From positions 1-25,893 of the forward strand of contig NW_021836105.1 of the NCBI RefSeq assembly GCF_006345805.1: a stretch of DNA of 25,893 nt. Reading direction: 5' to 3'. A program made the translations under genes and the position numbers. Under the pieces are notes generated by a model. It saw only the letters and a list, made by a program, of their open reading frames with translations, searched no databases and had not been told where the DNA came from. Below, one piece after another: positions 19,800-25,893 of this stretch (position 1 is the first letter of the stretch; each line of letters opens with the position of its first letter). The stretch is from Octopus sinensis. Taxonomy: Eukaryota.

Positions 19800-21135
19800 A
19801 GTATATGCACAAGTGAGGTTTCGTGCACTCATGGTCATAAAGCGAGTTAACTATCTACTTGATGTTTGTAAGAATGGAGAGGTTAAATGCAAACTTCAGT
19901 CATCCATACCTTAAAGTAAATTTAATTCTGTTAATGGTTACTCAAAATTCATTTCCACAGCATTTGTAGGGTATCTCGAGAGTCATTCAGAAATTCTGTT
20001 AATGATCTTCTCATTAGTGAGCAGAGACAGCATCTCCTGGAAATTATATCGTATGGTTTCACGTGCTTTGCTATGGACCAATTAATGCTGTACTTCATTT
20101 TATCCTCCTTCAGTCACCATACAAAACCTGCCAAAAAAGTTGAATGTCTCTTATTGATTGTCTTAAAGCTGGCAACATGGTTACGCTAACGATTCTTAAA
20201 TGAATCAGCAATCTGCCCAATGTAAACATACGGCCCTCCCCTTGTGTGCACGGTACATTTATATACAAGATTTGTACTCATACAGAGGTTCATCAAAGGA
20301 CATTTTGATTTACCTCTGCATGAGCATTTATCGTATTCATCTCCATATAAAGGCAGTTCCAACTCCATTTACCGGTGCTGTTACCATGTTAGCTGTTTCA
20401 TAAGTATTTCTACTACTACAATTTGTAGTAATTGGTGTGTAACATTGTGGTTTACATCTCCTTGGTTGGTATTTAGATGCAAGGCAGCGACCTGGCAGGA
20501 TCGTTTGCACGTTGGGCAAAATGCTTAGCGATATTTCGTCTGCCGTTACGTTCTGAGTTCAAATTCTGTCGAGGTCGACTTTGCCTTTCATCCTTTCGGG
20601 GTCGATAGATTAAGTACCAGTTACACACTGAGGTTGATATAATCAACTTAATCCGTTTGTCTGTCCTTGTTTGTTCTCTCTGTGTTTAGCCCCTTGTGGG
20701 TAGTAAAGAAATAGGTATTTAGATGCAAATGTTCGCTAAATCCAGAGGGTGGGTTAGTTAACCTTTGCCGCATTTTGCTATTGTTTATGTGATGCATAAA
20801 CTGCTCTAAATTATCAGAATTAGCATAGGATACCTTCAATGTGAACTGATTAATAATAGCTTGATACCGATTAGATTTAGGAAAACATTTATCCAAAGCA
20901 GCAAAAAGTTTTACACCGAATATTGGGTTGAACCAGAGGACATCCTGCTTCCTGTATTGGTTGTTTGGCTTTTTGATCAAGTGTGTTGTACAGGATTGGA
21001 ACAAGCTGTTGGGTTATTATGTCGTGTGTGTCTATGAGTTTTCGTTGGTAGTTCATTGATATGACCAATACTTCTTGGCCTGTATTCTCTGTCTGAGTGG
21101 GTCAGATGTTTCGAAGATAGCCAAAAAATGTCGAC
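19800..21135 (-). mobile_element. Penelope-like retroelement relic (RT-adjacent region, Cys-rich linker, GIY-YIG endonuclease)
   Basis: DVLWFNPIFG..LDKCFPK...TLKVSY; CSCRGKSKCPLMNLC..LVYKC..YIGQIADSFKNR*RNHVASF..HST.LAGFVW*LK..YSINWSIAK..RCCLC; multiple stops and frameshifts. Confidence 0.9.
20483..20713 (+). mobile_element. Full-length SINE family B with 15-bp TSD
   Basis: GGTATTTAGATGCAA at 20468-20482 and 20714-20728; B-box-like GAGTTCAAATTC. Confidence 0.92.
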
Positions 21136-21696
21136 ATTGATGAAAGTTCTGGGAAACCTGCAGCCTGCAGGGCTGAGAGTAACATTGCAGATGTCTGCGC
21201 AGTTGTGAGGGTAAATCATCAAATCACCATCTGTGAGTTATCAGAGGATGTGCAGATTAGTTATAGTTCAGTTCAGTCCATTATCACTGAAATTTGAGTA
21301 TGAGACACGCGTCTGCCAAGTTTGTGTCAAAACAGCTTTCAGCTGACCAAAAGGATACTTGGGTTTCAGTTGCACAAGATCTCCTTGACTGTTGAGAACA
21401 ATGAAAACTTTTTGAAAACTTTGCATAGGCCTCTGGGTAGTTATTGTCAAGCTTGTGGCAAAATTTGACGCAGATTCTCTGCACGACTTCTCTTCTGTCA
21501 TGGTCAATGTGATGATCACATGCTACACACCTTCCTTCCAAGCACTGCTGTTAACAGCGGAAGTGAGCTAGAATGTTAAAACTTAGTGCACATGCACAGA
21601 ATAATTCAAGGTCAATCTGTGCCAAGCAGCTTCACTCTGCATGCTTTAGCTACGTTACTATGGCAACAGTCTGGAAACTTATTGATCAGACCTCGT
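21134..21696. mobile_element. Rearranged mariner relic: TIR, 5'UTR and N-terminus on minus; HTH region on plus
   Basis: Minus: TIR-like 21667-21696, ATG 21501, QRICVKFCHKL; plus: DESSGKP..ESNIADV..ITICELSEDVQIS..SAKFVSKQLSADQK..ENFLKT. Confidence 0.8.
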
Positions 21697-22176
21697 GTGT
21701 GTGTGTATATATATATCCGAAATTGCGAGGATGATCTGGTTCTTGACTGAAGATAAAAGGCTTCGAATGACCTGTCCGTTTTATTTATGTATCATCTATC
21801 TGGATGTTTTGTTGTCCCTTTTTGTATCACCTGGTTGTCTGGATGTTTTGCGTTCTGGTCCCATTTTGTACATATATATATATATAAAAAAGATATATAG
21901 ATATGTATATATATCTATATATAATATCTATATATATACATGTATACATTCATACACACATATTCCTTATTTCAGTCATTAAAGTGTGTCCATGCTGGGG
22001 CACTACCTTTGACAATTTTTAGTCAAGCTGTGAAGAGGTCGTGTGGGATGAACACACACAAACACAGAACACACTCCTATGTGTGTGTATATATATATAT
22101 ATACACATAACACATATTATATATAATAATATGTATATGTATATATTATATATATATATATATAATATATATATAC

Positions 22177-22210
<34 letters not shown>

Positions 22211-22643
22211 ACATATAATGTTTATTATATATATATATAGATATATATATGACATATATATATATATATATATAAAATATTATTTGAGCAAAACACTATT
22301 TTGCAAAACAAACAAGGAAAGACTAATCAATACATAAAATTTAATAAATAGTCAAATATATATAAACAAACGATGTGTATATATATATATATATATGTTG
22401 TCTGGGAGTTTCTTCTTATAGTAGAAGAAATAGCTAGGTTGTTTGGTGCTATTTTAAAGTTCGGTATGTGGTGAAGCAATTTTTTTTGCTGAACCCTAAA
22501 TATAATTATACTCATAATTATAAAAAATAGTATATATATATATATATATTATATACATTATAATATATATATATTATATATATGTATATATATGTGTGTG
22601 TATATGTATGTATGTATATATACACACACATACACAACAAGAT

Positions 22644-22792
22644 TCTTTTAGTTCTGTCTACCAGATCAACTCACAAAGCTTTGATCGTCCCAAGGCTATG
22701 GCAGAAGACACTTGCCCAAGACGCTCCATAGGTGAGACTGAACCCAGAACCACGTGGTTGGGAAGCAAGCTACCTACCACACAGCCACGGCC
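22644..22792 (-). mobile_element. SINE family A 5' module
   Basis: Reverse complement of 24230-24380. Confidence 0.8.
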
Positions 22793-23224
22793 GATTATTA
22801 AAACACATGCATTGTACGCCAAGCGATATTTTTTCTATTGTCTCATGACTATTTCAGGAAGGTCTGTGATGTGTATGTGTGTATAATTACGTTACATTAA
22901 TGGATAGTGATTGTGTATAATATATATACACACACTTGCATACAGAGTGTATATAGCAAACGTGGTTTATTAGTTGTGATAGGAAATTAAAATTGATTTG
23001 TGTTATGGTGTAAGACAGGTCTCTCTTCTCAATTTTTCCTTTTCCATCTAACATGTTAACATTTGCTGCCAAACTTAAAACTAATTAATACATTCGTTAT
23101 GAATACTAATTAGGTAACATTGGCACCAGCTCCTTAGAATTTCCGACAGTTTTCACAAAACTCAATCCCCACTCCAAAGTGACAACTGCATTCAACATTT
23201 GGTCGAGAATTTCAAATGTCAACA

Positions 23225-23366
23225 CATCAATTTCTTTCTCTCTATCCCCCCTCTCTCTCTCTCTCTCTATACTATCTATCAATTTCTCTGTCTCTCTCTC
23301 TCTCTCTCTCTCTGTCAAATTCTCTCTGTCTCTCTCTCTATCTATCAATTTCTCTCTCTCTCTATT

Positions 23367-23399
<33 letters not shown>

Positions 23400-23652
23400 G
23401 TCTATCTATCTTTCTATCTATCTGTCTGTCTATCTATCTATCTATCTGTCTATCTATCAATTTTTCTCTCTCTCTCCTTCTCTCTCTCTCCTTCTCTCTC
23501 TCTCCTTCTCTCTCTCTCCTTCTCTCTCTCTCCTTCCCTCTCTATCTATCTATCTATCTATCTATCAATTTCTCTGTCTCTCTGTCTCTCTCTCTCTATC
23601 AAATTCTCTCTGTCTCTCTGTATCTATCTATCAATTTCTCTCTCTCTCTATT

Positions 23653-23727
<75 letters not shown>

Positions 23728-24184
23728 GTCTATCTATCTCTCTATCTATCTATCTATCTGTCTATCTATCAATTTTTCTCTCTCTCTCCTTCTCTCTCTA
23801 TCTATCTATCTATCTATCAATTTCTCTCTCTCTCTCTATCTATCTATCAATTTATCTCACTCTCTCTCTCTCTCTCTATCTATCTATCTACCTATTTGTC
23901 TGTCTGTCTATTCTATTTATCCATCTATCTATCTCCCTCGCTGTCTGCCTGTCTTTATTTCTTGCTCTCTCTTTCTGTATCTCTCTTTCTCTCTGTCTAT
24001 TCAATCTATGTGTCTATCTAGCTTTCTACATGCCTGCCTGTCTGTCTATCTGTCTGTCTATCTATCTGTTTATCCATCCATCCTTCTATCTATCAATCAA
24101 ACTCTATCCAGCTATTTATCTGCTGGTCTATCTGTCTTTCTGCCTGATTGTCTCTCTCTCTCTCCCCTCGTCTTCTCTCTCTCT

Positions 24185-24220
<36 letters not shown>
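23225..24220. repeat. Compound (CT)n/(CTAT)n/(CTGT)n tract
   Basis: About 1 kb, pyrimidine-rich, recurring TATCAATTTCTC anchor. Confidence 0.95.
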
Positions 24221-24224
<4 letters not shown>

Positions 24225-24225
<1 letters not shown>

Positions 24226-24629
24226 GTGCAGGAGTGGCTGTGGGTAAGTAGCTTGCTTACCAACCACATGGTTCCGGGTTCAGTCCCACTGCGTGGCACC
24301 TTGGGCAAGTGTCTTCTACTATAGCCTCAGGCTGACCGAAGCCTTGTGAGTGGATTTGGTAAACGGAAACTGAAAGAAGCCTGTTGTATATATGCATATA
24401 TATATATGTATAAGTAATATGTGTATGTTTGTGTGTCTGTGTTTGTCCCCTTAGCATTGCTTGACAACCGATGCTGGTGTGTTTACGTCCCCGTCACTTA
24501 GCGGTTCGGCAAAAGAGACCGATAGAATAAGTACTGGGCTTACAAAAGAATAAGTCCCGGGGTCGAGTTGCTCGATTAAAGGCAGTGCTCCAGCATGGCC
24601 GCAGTCAAATGACTGAAACAAGTAAAAGA
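24225..24629 (+). mobile_element. Full-length SINE family A
   Basis: A and B boxes, central TA/TG microsatellite, 3' domain ending GACTGAAACAAGTAAAAGA. Confidence 0.88.
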
Positions 24630-24635
24630 TTATAC

Positions 24636-24666
<31 letters not shown>

Positions 24667-24679
24667 TATATATATTTCT

Positions 24680-24810
24680 TTCCATCTCTTCCTGCGTGTC
24701 TGACTATCTGTCTCTCTCTCTTCCTATTTATTTCTCTGTCTGTTAGTCTTTATTTCTGCCTGTTTCTCTTCCTCTTTACCCGCCTGTCTATCTATCTGCC
24801 TCTCTTCCTC

Positions 24811-24859
<49 letters not shown>

Positions 24860-25170
24860 ATCTATTTATCACTCATTCATTGTCTATTTATCTTAACTAT
24901 TTTCTATTTCTTTTACTCTCTCTTTCTCTCTCTCATGCTCTCTCTCTCTATCTCTCTCTCTCACACACACACTCATACATTAAAACACACACATGCACTC
25001 TCTCTCTCTCTTTCTCCCTCTCTCTCTCTCTCATTACGCCATGTCACTTGTCACTCTGCCTTTCTCACTTCCAATCTCTCTTTGTTTTATTACCCTCTTT
25101 ATCTTTCTCCCTCATTCTCTCTCTCTCTCTCTATTTCTCTCCTGTATGGTCACTCTCTCTCCTCTCTCTC
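24680..25170. repeat. (CT)n-rich tract
   Basis: Direct inspection. Confidence 0.9.
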
Positions 25171-25234
25171 TTATATGTATATATCATCATCATCATCATT
25201 ATCATCGTTTAATGTCCGTTTTCCATGCTAGCAC

Positions 25235-25290
<56 letters not shown>

Positions 25291-25306
25291 TGTTATATAT
25301 ATTTAC

Positions 25307-25530
25307 TTTATTAAAGCAGCAGAAAATTCAACAAAACTGTTACTCTGAGTTTCCATTGCCGTTCATCGGACAGTTTTTGCTAGAATCTAGCAAAAAACTG
25401 TCCGATGAACGGCAACGGGGAAACTCAGAGTAGTAACATTGTTGTAATTTCTGCTGCTTTAAATAAAGCATTTACTTACCCATGGTGTTTGAGTACTCTT
25501 TTTTTTCACCTTGTTTCACATTTATGTGTT
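25307..25530 (+). mobile_element. Penelope-like pLTR fragment preceded by its own inverted copy; two hammerhead folds
   Basis: Arms 25307-25383 and 25387-25467, loop AAT; the direct arm continues about 60 nt further. Confidence 0.7.
25333..25377 (-). ncRNA. Minimal type-I hammerhead fold, U4C core variant
   Basis: Minus strand AAAACTGT-CCGATGA-A-CG GCAA TG-GAAAC-TCAGA-GTA-ACAGTTTT; 8-bp stem I, GNRA loop II, near-palindromic helix III ACTC/GAGT. Confidence 0.55.
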
Positions 25531-25893
25531 TAATCCGGTAATATATATATATATTATATATATTATATATATATATATATATATTTCTCTCACTTTCTCT
25601 CTCTCTCTTTTCCTATTTCTTTGTTTCTTTTTTTCTTTCTCACCCACACAAACACTTTTTCTTTCTGTCTCACAGATACAGACAGCACACACACACACAC
25701 ATTCTCTCTCTCTCTCTCATGAACACGTCACACACATACTGTCTCACATCATATACACACACACATTCTTTCTCACACAAATATACGCATACACACTATC
25801 GCTCTTTCACACATATATACACATATATACACAGTCTCTCTCACCCTCTTTCTATCGTTTCTCCCCCCCCACACACACACACGCAGTGTCAAG

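Noticed and set aside
19812-19846. Hammerhead in the 3' UTR of the PLE relic (TTTATGA...CAC GAAAC, minus)
   Set aside because: Position fits but core and stems are too degenerate to call
21745-21765. CTGAAGA motif with GAAG/CTTC hairpin
   Set aside because: No GAAA or cleavage triplet in register
23110-23225. Short open frame [22 protein letters not shown]
   Set aside because: No donor site before the CT tract; no homology recognised
24355-24390. Ribozyme in SINE A (GGAAACTGAAAGAAGCC)
   Set aside because: GAAAC and CTGA overlap; no three-way junction can be built
1873-25433. Long low-complexity ORFs in the track (poly-YI, CV, HT, LS, MV, E/K/R)
   Set aside because: Translations of TA, GT, CT, GAT and CTT microsatellites; open in several frames and both strands

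Overview
Repeat-saturated, AT-rich non-coding (intronic or intergenic) eukaryotic DNA. The mix of tRNA-headed SINE families, mariner/Tc1 relics and huge TA/CA/CT/TAA/GAT microsatellites looks like an octopus (cephalopod) genome; this is inferred from recall, not a search. No complete gene is visible and almost all ORFs in the supplied track are microsatellite artefacts. Recognisable coding relics are a Penelope-like element (RT-adjacent region plus GIY-YIG endonuclease, minus strand, about 19.8-21.1 kb) and three mariner transposase fragments; one 135-bp exon candidate sits at 17533-17667. The main signal is RNA-level: about ten minimal type-I hammerhead-ribozyme folds or relics from several sequence families. 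One family is built into a tRNA-headed SINE-like element (family H, 4 copies), one carries a compensatory U3:A8 core pair, and one family has a recurrent U4C core. Many of these small elements sit in spacer-less inverted or head-to-tail arrangements suggesting Penelope-type or twin-priming integration. Family names A, B, E and H are labels used here only.
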